Translations under genes and position numbers: made by a program
Shown: piece by piece, positions 38,770 to 48,859 of the stretch
Layout: each line of letters begins with the position of its first letter
Position numbering within the stretch: position 1 is the first letter of the stretch
The notes under the pieces: generated by a model
Database searches by the model: none
The model's input: the letters and a program-made list of their open reading frames with translations, nothing else
What the model was told of the DNA's origin: nothing
NCBI GenBank assembly: GCA_963724295.1
Contig: CAVRUC010000010.1
Span: forward strand, 224,001-288,000
From: an uncultured Chloroflexia bacterium
Lineage (GTDB): Bacteria; Chloroflexota; Chloroflexia; Thermomicrobiales; UBA6265
Length of the DNA: 64,000 bases
Reading direction: 5' to 3'

Positions 38770-39185
38770 CCCCCTTTGTGCTCGATGCTTCGGTCGCGCT
38801 GTCATGGTTTTTTGAGGATGAGTTTTCTCTGTACTCCTCGTCGATAGCCGAAATCATGCCGCGAAGTCAGGCGGTGGTTCCGATCATTTGGCCGCTTGAA
38901 ATGGCTAATGGCTTTTTGACCGCGTTTCGACGAGGAAGACTTCCAGAAACAAAGGCTCCAGCGTTGATTGGCGCCTTGGATCGGCTGCGAGTTGACATTG
39001 ATCGAGGAATTGCCCCCGAATTTCTCGCCCAGACGACCCTGACCGTCGGGCTAGCTCATCGCCTGTCCGCCTATGACGCAAGCTACCTGGAGCTGGCGAT
39101 GCGTCGCGGGATGCCAATCGCCACCCAGGACCAGAAGCTGGTTAAGGCCGCGGCCGACACAGGCGTCCACGTCCTCCAGCCCTGA
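38766..39185 (+). CDS. vapC: VapC PIN-domain toxin
   Basis: VLDASVALSW, WPLEMAN, LSAYDASYLELA, ATQD; GTGA overlap with the antitoxin. Confidence 0.9.
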   Translation: MTPFVLDASVALSWFFEDEFSLYSSSIAEIMPRSQAVVPIIWPLEMANGFLTAFRRGRLPETKAPALIGALDRLRVDIDRGIAPEFLAQTTLTVGLAHRLSAYDASYLELAMRRGMPIATQDQKLVKAAADTGVHVLQP

Positions 39186-39209
39186 CGGCTCTTTACCGCA
39201 TCCACCGCT

Positions 39210-40006
39210 TCAGCCCGCGGCAACCTTCGCGGCGAACGTCTCCAGGTCATCGTCGATGACGATCGTCATCCGCGGCACGACATACCGTTCGCTGACATCG
39301 AGATCGGCCGCGGTTGCACCAAGACCGAAGGCACGATGATGCCCGCCGCCTCGGCGGCCTCGATCGTGCTCTCGCTCACATCGCCGTAGGGCCACGCGAG
39401 AAAGCGCACCGATTCTCCGGTGATCTCCTGGAGGTAGGCCCGGTTCTCGGCGATCTCCGCGACCTGGCTCTCGTAGTCCAGCCCGCTGAGGGCGACGTGG
39501 GAGACCGTGTGAGCTTCGACCGAGCCCCGCTCCGCCAGCGACCGAATCTGGCGCCGGGTCAAGGGGGAGACGTTGTTGACAAAATAGGTTCCGACCAGAT
39601 CGTACCGGTCGAGGATTCTGGCGAACCTCCTCACACTCGGGTCGCCATCATCATTTGTCAGGATCACGGAGTTCGGCGGCAACTCCGCTAGACCGCGTGC
39701 CGCCCGCCAGAAGTGGCGCAACGTGATCGACGTGTAGCCGTGCTCGACCAGCCAGCGACACTGTTTGTTGAGCTGCCGCGGCGTGATCGAATACGTATTT
39801 CCCGACTCGTCAACCGTGTGGTACACCAGAATCGGCACCCGGTCAGCAGCGCCTTGCGTCGCGGTGAGTGGCACCGCCAAGGAAGCGATACACGTCCCCG
39901 ACCATAAGAGAACGAGTAGTAGTCCGCTCAATAGCGAACGGTATCCGCGCGCTGCTCGGATCACAGCCCGCAACGGCCATCCTCCGCACTTGTCCTGTGA
40001 CGCCAC
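39210..40006 (-). CDS. Secreted polysaccharide deacetylase; frameshift ~39330
   Basis: VPILVYH, ILTNDDG, AHTVSH, LAWPYG | YVVPRMTI. Confidence 0.8.
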
Positions 40007-40202
40007 TCTCGGGAACCGCAGGCGGTATCAAACAGCTGAACGCCGACACGGTTAGCGTTCGCAGCGTTCCCCCATTCGCGTTGGCCACATGATTCGCTCT
40101 CAGGGCCGTCTGCGTCCGCGTCTGGCTTAGGAGTGAACGTACGCTCGCCGGATCAGGTCGTCAATAGACTCCATGATGCCCGCTCGAATTGCCGCCGTCC
40201 GC

Positions 40203-40300
40203 TATTGGCGCTGTGTTGCCGTCATCCCCACTTGTAGCAGGCGGGCTATCAGCCACCCGACCACGAGAAGGATCAGCTCGCCGACCACTCTACCGGGGAT
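40203..40300 (-). pseudogene. Possible remnant of a TM_helix/MscS-associated gene
   Basis: Reads IPGRVVGELILLVVGWLIARLLQ..stop; no start codon. Confidence 0.3.
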
Positions 40301-40750
40301 CTAGTTCTGAACCCAGATCTAGGTCTCTTGCAGACTATTGAGATTCGGCATGGTTTCGCTCCCTCGGTTGTTCGCCGTCTAGTTTCTGCTGCGTGATCCC
40401 GTCTTAGGTGGCGTTTCACATTCTGCGCCACTCGGCACTAGCTTCGAGCCCCCACAGATCGACAAGTCCAGCGGGGTCAACCTCATGATCGCGCTCTCGT
40501 GCTGAATACGGCAGGATCGCCGGTCTTGTTCGCTGGTCGAGGTTGGATCGGGGATCGGCAAAGGGATCGCCGGCCTTGACCCCCTGACATCGGCACAACT
40601 CTGTGGAATCAGTACAAAGTAAACATAACTTGCGTGAGTGGCACGTGATATGCAATACCCGCTCCGGTAACTTCGCCGATGGTCGGCGGGTCTATCGGAT
40701 TCGCGGTGCAGTGAATGGACCACTACGCGAACCCGCAAGGAGTACTTATC

Positions 40751-41347
40751 ATGTCGCCGGATCGAATCGAAGCACTGAGCCGGAGTCTGGCTGACTCCGC
40801 CTCGCGCCGTAGCCTGCTGAAGCTCCTCGGAGTTGGTGCGGCGGGCACCGTGGTGACTGCGGTCGGCCTGAATACCGCCGGGGGACCGAACGAGGTCCTC
40901 GCCGCCGAGATCGTAAATCAGTTGACGGAGCTTCCGGTTTCCGGCAGCCGCGGCGATACCCGCTTCCGCGGAAAACTCACCATCAATTCGTTCCGGGAAG
41001 AGGGTGGGAAGATCGTCGCCGACGGTACGGTGACAGGCAAGGCCATCAAGAACGGCCGCTCGAGACGAATCTCCGGAGACGTCGTGGTGCCGGTCACGGT
41101 GCAGAGGTCCGAGGTTGAGATCGTGGCGATCTGCCAGATTCTCAACCTCGTTCTGGGACCGATCGACCTGAACCTGCTTGGGCTGCGGCTGCGGACGAAC
41201 ACTATTCGCGTCCGGTTGACGGCAGACAGCGAGGGTGGCTTGTTGGGTTCGATCCTGTGCGGTCTGTCCGGTGCCGGGCCCGATGGGCTTGGCCTGCAAG
41301 CGATTATCGACCTCCTCAACGACATCCTGGCAGCGCTTAACCCGTAA
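40751..41347 (+). CDS. Tat-exported hypothetical protein
   Basis: MSPDRIEALSRSLADSASRRSLLKLLG; conserved-looking CQILNLVLGPIDLNLLGL..GLLGSILC; RBS AAGGAG. Confidence 0.75.
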   Translation: MSPDRIEALSRSLADSASRRSLLKLLGVGAAGTVVTAVGLNTAGGPNEVLAAEIVNQLTELPVSGSRGDTRFRGKLTINSFREEGGKIVADGTVTGKAIKNGRSRRISGDVVVPVTVQRSEVEIVAICQILNLVLGPIDLNLLGLRLRTNTIRVRLTADSEGGLLGSILCGLSGAGPDGLGLQAIIDLLNDILAALNP

Positions 41348-41397
41348 CGGCGCAAAGAGCGAGCACCGATCGCGGGCTGCATCCGCGATGATCGACC

Positions 41398-41426
41398 GAA
41401 GGGGGGAGGCCCAGCCTCCCCCCTTC
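41398..41426 (+). terminator. Hairpin terminator
   Basis: GAAGGGGGGAGGC-CCA-GCCTCCCCCCTTC. Confidence 0.65.
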
Positions 41427-41733
41427 ATCATGCCTCGTACTGTGAGACGAGCCAACCACGTATGACGAATGCGTGCCTTCCTGGCACGCTTTTGCGGGTG
41501 TCCGTAGAACGGCGGTCGGTTTCCCCTTCCCGCCCGGCCGCCACTGAAATCTCCAGCCCGGACCCCTGCGCGCCTCCCGTCAATTCCCGGGAGGCGTCTC
41601 GGTGTTCTCGGGATGCTCAATAACTCTCAGTTCAGGTAGCGCGTGATGTCATCGAATCTTGCGTCATCTAGTTCTGCCCACGGCGAGACCGCGGCAATCG
41701 CCTAGATGGCGTACAAACGGTCGAGTCAGGAGT

Positions 41734-43026
41734 TTATGGAGCGCTGTTTGGAATGTGGAGCACTGGCTCGGGGATGGCGTCCGGATCGTCGTCGACGATG
41801 AGTCCCTCGGGTGACTGCTGCGGCCGAGAGCCATTCGGTCCCAGCAAATAGGCACGAATTTCGGCCGGCGTCGCCGCCTGGTTGACGGCGATGTAGAGTG
41901 CCGCCGCTCCGGTCACATGGGGAGCCGCCATGCTCGTCCCGTCCCGCGTCTGGTAGGTTCTGCCCGGCGTGGTGGAGAGGATGCAGGTTCCCGGCGCGGT
42001 AATATCGACGTCGGCGCCAAAGTTACTGTAGCGGGCAAAGGTGTCATCACCGTCGCTGTAGCAGGTTGCGGACGCCTGTCCGCCGGGACGACCGTCAAAA
42101 TCTGACAGGGCCGAGACGGTAATGACTTCGTCGTAGTTGGCAGGGAAGTATTTGGCGGCGTCAGCCACTTGGTTGCCCGCGGCAACGACGACGGTTACGC
42201 CGGCCTGGACCGCATTGCAGACCGCTGCGTGCAAGGCGTCATCAAGGCACGTGGTTTTTGGCCCTGTACCAATGAAGCTCATGTTGACGATGTCGATCGA
42301 ATCCTTGTGGGCGATGACCCAATCCAGTCCACAAATGATGGAGGCAGAGTCTCCACCACCCTGGTTGTTGAGCACTTTTACCGCATAGAGGCGCGCTCCC
42401 GGCGCTACCCCGACGACGCCGAAGCCATTGTCTCGAGCTCCGATCGTACCGGCCACGTGAGTGCCGTGGGCCACCACGTCCCCGGTTCCCTCACCAGTGC
42501 ACGCCTTGCCGCCGGCGATCGTCAAGTCGGGGTGGGCTGCGATACCCGTATCTAGCACCGCCACGTCGACGTTGATCGCGCCTCCATCGCCGTGGATCGC
42601 AGCTTGCGGGTTCTGGTCGGCTCCGATGCGACGGATGCCGGTGGGAATGGTCTGGCTCGCCTGATTGAGGCGCCTCCTGCATCGTCTCCTCTTCCTCGGG
42701 TTGTTTTGCGTACAGCGCTTCCTCTCGGTGGCGACCTGTCCAACTGCCTCAACCCGCCGATTGGGAGACACGATGGCTCCTGGGATTTGCTCCAGTGCGC
42801 GACGAATGCCTGGAGGCACTTCGGCCGCGAAGCCGTTGACGACCATATCGAAGCGATGGGTAGCTCGGACCTCAAAATCACGTAGCACCCCGCTGACACT
42901 CGCCCCCGGAGGAAGGATGACGACGATGTCCTCGGTTACCTCTCCCCTCTCGACACTCAGCGCCACGGACCCGTCGTCCGCCAGGAGCACGGCAACCAAT
43001 AGCAGTAGGATCACTCGCGCAGGCAT
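41734..43026 (-). CDS. Secreted S8 subtilisin-like serine peptidase
   Basis: Signal peptide, I9-like prodomain (NGFAAEV), VAVLDTGI, HGTHVAGTI, AAGN, GTSMAAPHV. Confidence 0.92.
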   Translation of the reverse strand: MPARVILLLLVAVLLADDGSVALSVERGEVTEDIVVILPPGASVSGVLRDFEVRATHRFDMVVNGFAAEVPPGIRRALEQIPGAIVSPNRRVEAVGQVATERKRCTQNNPRKRRRCRRRLNQASQTIPTGIRRIGADQNPQAAIHGDGGAINVDVAVLDTGIAAHPDLTIAGGKACTGEGTGDVVAHGTHVAGTIGARDNGFGVVGVAPGARLYAVKVLNNQGGGDSASIICGLDWVIAHKDSIDIVNMSFIGTGPKTTCLDDALHAAVCNAVQAGVTVVVAAGNQVADAAKYFPANYDEVITVSALSDFDGRPGGQASATCYSDGDDTFARYSNFGADVDITAPGTCILSTTPGRTYQTRDGTSMAAPHVTGAAALYIAVNQAATPAEIRAYLLGPNGSRPQQSPEGLIVDDDPDAIPEPVLHIPNSAP

Positions 43027-43555
43027 GCCTGACCAACGACGGTGGTCGGGGCTCGTCCGCGAAAGCCTCGCAGCTCGCATCACGCCGAATCGCATCGCGG
43101 GCGGAATCCGCAATTCATTGCAGCCTGCCGCCTGTGGACGAAGTGCATCATGAGATGTAAACGGAGCACGAGTTGTGCCAGAACCACTAGTGATCGAGCA
43201 CCTCTTACGGGAAGTCCACGATTTGGACCAGCGGAGGCGCATCCGCAGCAGATATCGCTCCAAAGACACCAGTACGGGCGCCGCCGGACTATCGCGAACT
43301 GGTGCAAACCTTGGTGTTTCGCAACTGGTACCGGACCGGGCAAGGACGGAGTTGATAGCGAGACCGCTGAAGTGGGTGCGCTAGAACTTCGTTGTATCTA
43401 GAATTGGGACACATCCGGGACGGTGTCTCATGTGCATCCCGCTTCGTTATGACAATCGTTGCTAAGTCCACCAGTAGTGGAGCCATCCCTGTGCTACGCC
43501 GCATCATGGCGCGATGGTTGAGGATGCGGCGTGACGGGTGCGTCAGCTTGCACAT

Positions 43556-44839
43556 TCACCCGACGGCCATGAGCGTGATAGCGGGCTCGATGCGAAACGA
43601 TAGCCGGTCATGGGCATCCCGCAGGGCGCGCTCCGCCCCATCCGGCGACTCGCCGCGGGCGAAGATGAACCCGAGATAGCTAGCGCCTTCCGGCAGAGGT
43701 GTCAACGGCTGGTTGAGCGGCGCTGTGATCTCGACCCCAGTCACCCCCGGCACGGCCGCGGCCTCCTCACGACCCAACACCTCACGCAGGATGCCCCCTC
43801 TGGGGATCGGGATCATCATCACCCCGGCCGCGCCGCCCGTGCGCTCGGTCGACGGCAAGGCCATCCCCACCGCATGGCCCAGGATGAGCTCCTCGAGACT
43901 GAGCCCGGCGCCGAACTCGAGCACCGTCGAGCACAGCCCGCCAATGGAGCGACCTGCCATCTCGATCAGCCAGACGCCATCGTCATTGACGCGCAGCTCG
44001 GCGTGGATTGGTCCCTCGCGCAGTCCCAACGCCGCGGCGGCTTCGGCGGTCCGCGCCGAGATCGCCGCTTGTGTCACCTCCGGCAACCGGGAGGGAGTCA
44101 CGTAGATTGTCTCCTCGAAGAAGGGCCCTTCCAATGGATCGGGTTTGTCGAACAGCGCCAGCGTCTGCAGGGACCCGTCCGTCAGCAAGCCTTCGAGCGC
44201 AACCTCGAACCCCGGGAGGTACCGCTCAATGAGCAGCTCGCCCCGCTCGAGCGATTCTCCCTCTCGCAGCACGATCCGCCGCGCCCGTTCCCAGGCCTGG
44301 ATGAGCTCATCCCGATCATCAGCCCGGATAACGCCTCGGCTACCGGAGAGTCGCACGGGTTTCACCACGACCGGGAACGGAATCTCGCCGGCCACAGTCG
44401 CGGGATCACTCGTCAGTGGATAGCGCCGGTACTCCGGCACGGGGATCCCGCCCCGGTGCAGGGCCTCTCGCATCACCCACTTGTCGCGGGCGGCGAGCGC
44501 GGCGTCCGGGTCGTTATGCGGCAGACCGAGTGCCGCCGCCGCTCGCGCCGCCAGCAGCGTCGCGCTATCGTCGAGCGCCAGGATGGCATCGACGGGGTGC
44601 TCGGCGGCAAAGGTGGTAAGAGCCGCGATCGCCGCGTCCGGTTTCGTGAAATCGAGCCCCAGTGGCATCCCCCAGCGCTCGGCAAGCGCCTGGGGCGTGT
44701 CCGTGGCCTGGACGACCTCGAGAGCGAGCCGCGCCGCCGCCTGCCGAAACGCGCCCGCCCGGTACGTCGCCGGACTCGCCAGGAGGACCACACGCGGCCG
44801 GCGGTCATCGGGGATGGGGTGATGGAGTGATGGGGTCAT
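43556..44839 (-). CDS. ATP-grasp domain protein (amino-acid-ligase-like)
   Basis: ARDKWVMR, FPVVVKPVRLSGSRGV, LIERYLPG, FEETIYVTPS, HAELR, IEMAGRSIGG. Confidence 0.88.
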   Translation of the reverse strand: MTPSLHHPIPDDRRPRVVLLASPATYRAGAFRQAAARLALEVVQATDTPQALAERWGMPLGLDFTKPDAAIAALTTFAAEHPVDAILALDDSATLLAARAAAALGLPHNDPDAALAARDKWVMREALHRGGIPVPEYRRYPLTSDPATVAGEIPFPVVVKPVRLSGSRGVIRADDRDELIQAWERARRIVLREGESLERGELLIERYLPGFEVALEGLLTDGSLQTLALFDKPDPLEGPFFEETIYVTPSRLPEVTQAAISARTAEAAAALGLREGPIHAELRVNDDGVWLIEMAGRSIGGLCSTVLEFGAGLSLEELILGHAVGMALPSTERTGGAAGVMMIPIPRGGILREVLGREEAAAVPGVTGVEITAPLNQPLTPLPEGASYLGFIFARGESPDGAERALRDAHDRLSFRIEPAITLMAVG

Positions 44840-44970
44840 AAGGTGATCGAGTGAGCGGATGATCGGCAGACAGGTGATGTCGGGTTGGGAGTCGTGGATC
44901 TTGGACAGCGGTTCAAGCAAATGCTGTTGGATATGCTCGCCTGACTAACGACGTATAACTCCCAATCACC

Positions 44971-45222
44971 CTATGACCCTTCGTCGACCGTATCGACCGG
45001 GACATCGGCGGCTCGGCCGAGCGTGCAGACGACGATCGTGTAGACCCCACCGGAGCCATCGGGCGTGACGGAGATATCGCTCACCCGCAGGTTGGCGTAC
45101 GGAGTCTGCGAGCGGTCCTTGCTCAGCCACTGGTTGACGTCGTCCATGGCGGCACTCGTGTCCCGGCCGGCACTGGGGCTGTGAAAGAGGAATACCCGCG
45201 TATCGGCGGGAACAAGATCCAT
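44971..45222 (-). CDS. Small hypothetical protein
   Basis: RBS AGGAG; plausible 83-aa alpha/beta protein. Confidence 0.65.
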   Translation of the reverse strand: MDLVPADTRVFLFHSPSAGRDTSAAMDDVNQWLSKDRSQTPYANLRVSDISVTPDGSGGVYTIVVCTLGRAADVPVDTVDEGS

Positions 45223-45419
45223 CGAGCGTGCTCCTAGCTAACGAAGGGTGGCGAGGTGACAAGGTGGCTGGGTGGCAGGAAAACTCCCTCGTTCCTGACC
45301 CGTCTCCCATCCGAGTTATGGCGAATAGAGTTCGGCCGCCGCGCCAAGCGAGCTTTACAGGGCGAGTATAAGTGAAGAACTCCCAGTCACCCCGACACCC
45401 TTCGACCCTGCCACCCTCG

Positions 45420-46160
45420 TCACGCGACGGTCTGCGTCTTGTCCAGCGCGGAGTCAGCCACCACTGGGGGCAACTGGCCCGGAACCGGGGGCGCGACTTC
45501 CATCCAGCCCTGACGGACCGCGTAGAGAATGGCGCCAACCCGATCACTGGCGTTCAGCTTTCGCAACACCGAGGTCATGTGGTTCTTGACCGTCTGCTCG
45601 GAAACGAAGAGCGCGTCGGCGATCTCCTTGTTGGAGAGTCCCTGCGCGACGCAGTCGAGCACCGCCAGCTCCCGCGTCGAGAGCGGCATCGGCTCTTCGC
45701 TGCTACCAGCCTCGCTCGGCAGACGCAGCTCGGCGCGCAGGCGTCGCGCCAGGTCCGGCCTCGCCAGCAACTCGGCTCGCAACAGATTTTCCCCGGCGCA
45801 GATGCGCGCGAGGGCCGCGGTGAGCGCCTCGGCGCCGATGTCTTTCTGCAAGAAGGCGACCGCCCCGGCTCGCACCGCCTCGATGATGCGATCGTCATCG
45901 ACGTGGACCGAAAGGACCACGATGCGCGCACGGGTCTGCTTGCGGCGCAGAATGCGGGTGATGCGCAGCCCGGTGATACCCGGCAGCTGGACGTCCAGCA
46001 GGATCAACCCCGGGCGCGTCTCCTCCGCCGCCCGGATCGCCTCGTGGGCGTTGCCCGCCTCCGCGACGATCTCATAACGTCCGGTCGCTTCCAGCACCCG
46101 GCGCAGCCCGGTGCGAAATACCGGATGATCGTCGACCAACAGCACGCGCCGTGCGAGCAC
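45420..46160 (-). CDS. NarL/LuxR-type response regulator
   Basis: LLVDDHP, LLDVQLPG, LSTRELAVL..GLSNKEIA..SEQTVKNH. Confidence 0.93.
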   Translation of the reverse strand: MLARRVLLVDDHPVFRTGLRRVLEATGRYEIVAEAGNAHEAIRAAEETRPGLILLDVQLPGITGLRITRILRRKQTRARIVVLSVHVDDDRIIEAVRAGAVAFLQKDIGAEALTAALARICAGENLLRAELLARPDLARRLRAELRLPSEAGSSEEPMPLSTRELAVLDCVAQGLSNKEIADALFVSEQTVKNHMTSVLRKLNASDRVGAILYAVRQGWMEVAPPVPGQLPPVVADSALDKTQTVA

Positions 46161-46460
46161 GGACCACCCTCCCCGCTTTGCCGCTTACGGTCGGGCCTGT
46201 CCCCTCGGGAGGCGCCATCCACACCTCACCGTCAGACCCGACCGAGCAGCCTCCTACCCGTCCCCAACAGATCGACGCTAGCGGGCTTGTCCGTGCCGGG
46301 CCGCACTCCCAGCGACGGACAGCGACGAACCTGCACCTCATCCTATGAGGCTCGGAACTGATTAGCAACGGACAGGATGGCACAACCCGGGCTGAGATCC
46401 TGGCTCTTATCGTGCCAGAAAGTCAACGCACCGATGATTATGAAGAGTCGTCCTGTGAGG

Positions 46461-47018
46461 TCAGCGGGACTCGCGAAGGAGGAGCAGGCCGATCAGCGTT
46501 TTCGCGTCCTGGATCTGCTCCGGACCGGGCGCGACGAGGCGCGGAATGTCAGCCAGGGGCATTGGCGACAACCGGATCAACTCGTCCGGATCGATCTCAC
46601 CGCCTGCCGGCTCGCACTCCGCGGCGTGGAAGATCGTCAGCCGCTCGTCCGTATAGCCAGGCGAGGTGTAGTACGACGCCAGCTGCGTCAGCCGGCCGGC
46701 GCGATAACCGGTTTCCTCGGTCAACTCCCGTCGCGCGCACGCCTCGGGCGTCTCCCCCGGCTCCAGCGTCCCCGCGGGAATCCCCAGCAACGTGCGGCCG
46801 ATGGTGTGGTGGCTCTGGCGCAGCAGCAAGACGTTGCCATCACCGGTGACACCCACGATCGCCACCGATCCGGGGTGCTCGACGACCTCTCGCGTGGTCA
46901 CGCGCCCGGTAGGCAAGCGCACCTCGTCGACGCGGACGTGCACCCAGGCGCCGTCGAACCCTCTTTGGGAGGAAAGCGTCTCGTCGAGCGGCGGGTTTTC
47001 AGGATCGGCGTCGGACAT
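46461..47018 (-). CDS. NUDIX hydrolase (ADP-ribose pyrophosphatase-like)
   Basis: REVVEHPGSV, PAGTLEPGETPEACARRELTEETG, YTSPG, DAKT. Confidence 0.9.
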   Translation of the reverse strand: MSDADPENPPLDETLSSQRGFDGAWVHVRVDEVRLPTGRVTTREVVEHPGSVAIVGVTGDGNVLLLRQSHHTIGRTLLGIPAGTLEPGETPEACARRELTEETGYRAGRLTQLASYYTSPGYTDERLTIFHAAECEPAGGEIDPDELIRLSPMPLADIPRLVAPGPEQIQDAKTLIGLLLLRESR

Positions 47019-47043
47019 TGGCAAACGTCTCCTCGCAAACACG

Positions 47044-47068
47044 GACGGCACCCGTCGAGGGTGCCGTC
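47044..47068 (-). terminator. Hairpin directly 3' of tRNA-Cys
   Basis: GACGGCACCC-gtcga-GGGTGCCGTC. Confidence 0.65.
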
Positions 47069-47142
47069 TGGAGGCGCCAGGCGGATTCGAACCGCCGATC
47101 AGGGTTTTGCAGACCCGTGCCTTACCACTTGGCTATGGCGCC
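47069..47142 (-). tRNA. tRNA-Cys (GCA)
   Basis: GGCGCCATAGCCAAGTGGTAAGGCACGGGTCT-GCA-AAACCCTGATCGGCGGTTCGAATCCGCCTGGCGCCTCCA; cloverleaf with encoded CCA. Confidence 0.97.
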
Positions 47143-47175
47143 AACAAGGGTTGCCGCTGGTCAAGGGCACTCGAC

Positions 47176-47184
47176 AGTTTAGCA
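47176..47184 (-). promoter_or_regulatory. Extended -10 promoter for tRNA-Cys
   Basis: TGCTAAACT on the minus strand about 34 bp upstream of the tRNA. Confidence 0.45.
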
Positions 47185-47349
47185 TGACGCCGGCCTGCCT
47201 CGGTGTCTCGTGGGCAGAGCAAAGCGTGGATTGCCAATGGCCACCGCCACCCGTAGAGTACGAACGCACGGAAGCGTCGCGGGTTGGGAGCCAGACCCGG
47301 ATCGCCACTGGGGATCCGCGGCGGAATCGAATTGAGAGGAACAAGCGCG

Positions 47350-47799
47350 ATGTACATCCGCGGACTCGACGTCAGACAAACGGCGCCATACGGGCTGGCG
47401 ATTCTGCGCATCGTCCTGGGCATCGCGATGCTCGTCCACGGCTGGAGCAAGCTGAACGGCGGTGTCGACAATGTGGCCGGCTTCTTCGGCGGAATGCTTG
47501 GCATTCCCGCGCCGGGACTCATGGCCTGGGTGGTGACGATCGTCGAGCTGGTCGGCGGCATTTTCCTCGTGGTTGGGTTCCTGACCCAGATCGCCGGAAT
47601 CCTGATCGCGCTGGACATGCTCGGCGCCATCCTGTTCGCCTTCCTGCTCAGGGGCGCTCCCTTTATCGAAAATGGCCAGATCACCTGGGAGAAAGAAGCG
47701 GTCTTCGCCGCCGCGGCCCTCTGCATCGTCCTGGCCGGACCAGGCGCCTGGTCGGTCGACGACGTCGTGGCCGGGAATCGTACGCGGGCGGTGACCTAG
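47350..47799 (+). CDS. DoxX family membrane protein
   Basis: LRIVLGIAMLVHGWSKL..ELVGG..GFLTQ..GPGAWSVD. Confidence 0.88.
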   Translation: MYIRGLDVRQTAPYGLAILRIVLGIAMLVHGWSKLNGGVDNVAGFFGGMLGIPAPGLMAWVVTIVELVGGIFLVVGFLTQIAGILIALDMLGAILFAFLLRGAPFIENGQITWEKEAVFAAAALCIVLAGPGAWSVDDVVAGNRTRAVT

Positions 47800-47803
47800 A
47801 ACA

Positions 47804-48859
47804 GTGCGTTCTTCCCTCCTGATTTCGCGCCGCCGGTTGCTGGCGCTAGTCCCGGTCTCAACCGTGCTGGCCGCCGGTTCCGGGGCATCCGGCACCCGCT
47901 TCGTGCCAGTTGGGGCGCGTGCCCTGGCGCAGGAACCCGAGCTGGAAACCGTCAGCGTCGCACTCGACTGGTATCCGAACGCCAACCATGCCGGGCTCTA
48001 CCTGGCTCAGGAACGGGGCTACTACGCCGAGGAAGGTCTCGCGCCCGAGTTCTACACCCCGTCCGATCCGACGACCGTCTTGCAAACAGTCGGCGCTGGG
48101 CGGGACGACTTCGGTATCTCCTACCAGACGGATGTCCTGCTGGCGCGGGCGGCCGGAGTGCCGGTCGTCTCCGTGCTGGCGCTCGTGCAGACACCGCTGC
48201 AAGGCATCATGGTCCTGGCCGACAGCGGCATCACCCGACCGCGTGACCTGGTCGGAAAGACCGTCGGCTATCCGGGGATCCCGAGCCAGGAAGCGTTCCT
48301 GGCCACGATGCTCGAGGACGATGGCGCGGCCATGGACGACGTCGACCTTGTCAACATCGACTTCAACCTGGTGCCAGGGCTCATCTCGGGACAGGTCGAC
48401 GCCTCGCTCGGCGCGTTCTGGACGCACGAGCCAATCCTGGCCGAAGAGGAGGGGTATCCAACCAGCTTCCTGAAGGTCGATGACTGGGGTGTGCCGTCCT
48501 ATTACGAGCTGGTGATCGCGGCCGGCGAAGACACGGTCACGCAGCGGTCCGAGCTCGTCGAGCGCTTCCTGCGTGCCACGCGGCGTGGGTACGAAGACGC
48601 CATCGCCGACCCGGCGGCCGCCATCGCCGCGTTGCGCGCCGCCAGCCCGGATCTCAACGTGGCGGTCGAGGAAGCGGGCATCGCCCTGCTCATCCCCGCC
48701 TGGACCGCGGACAGCGTTCCATTCGGAACGCAGACCGCGCAGCGCTGGGATGCCTACGCGGCGTGGATGGCCGAGCGCGCGCTCATCCCTGACGATCTCG
48801 ACGCCGCCGCGGCCTGGCGTGGCGATCTGGCGCCCGTCGCGGCAACCCCAATTCTGTAG
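47804..48859 (+). CDS. NMT1/THI5-like (ThiY/RibY-type) ABC substrate-binding protein
   Basis: SRRRLL leader; LDWYPNANHAG, GISYQ, GKTVGY, YYEL. Confidence 0.85.
   Translation: MRSSLLISRRRLLALVPVSTVLAAGSGASGTRFVPVGARALAQEPELETVSVALDWYPNANHAGLYLAQERGYYAEEGLAPEFYTPSDPTTVLQTVGAGRDDFGISYQTDVLLARAAGVPVVSVLALVQTPLQGIMVLADSGITRPRDLVGKTVGYPGIPSQEAFLATMLEDDGAAMDDVDLVNIDFNLVPGLISGQVDASLGAFWTHEPILAEEEGYPTSFLKVDDWGVPSYYELVIAAGEDTVTQRSELVERFLRATRRGYEDAIADPAAAIAALRAASPDLNVAVEEAGIALLIPAWTADSVPFGTQTAQRWDAYAAWMAERALIPDDLDAAAAWRGDLAPVAATPIL

Noticed and set aside
43027..43555. Short ORFs or ncRNA in the lower-GC spacer upstream of the S8 peptidase
   Set aside because: No recognisable motif, RBS or convincing structure
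47069..47142. tRNA-Cys as an island integration site
   Set aside because: No duplicated tRNA 3' end and no integrase found; flanking genes look like housekeeping genes
46340..47349. TPP riboswitch for the NMT1/THI5 protein
   Set aside because: An isolated GCTGAGA occurs far upstream (~46391), but the rest of the aptamer is absent and it is separated by other genes
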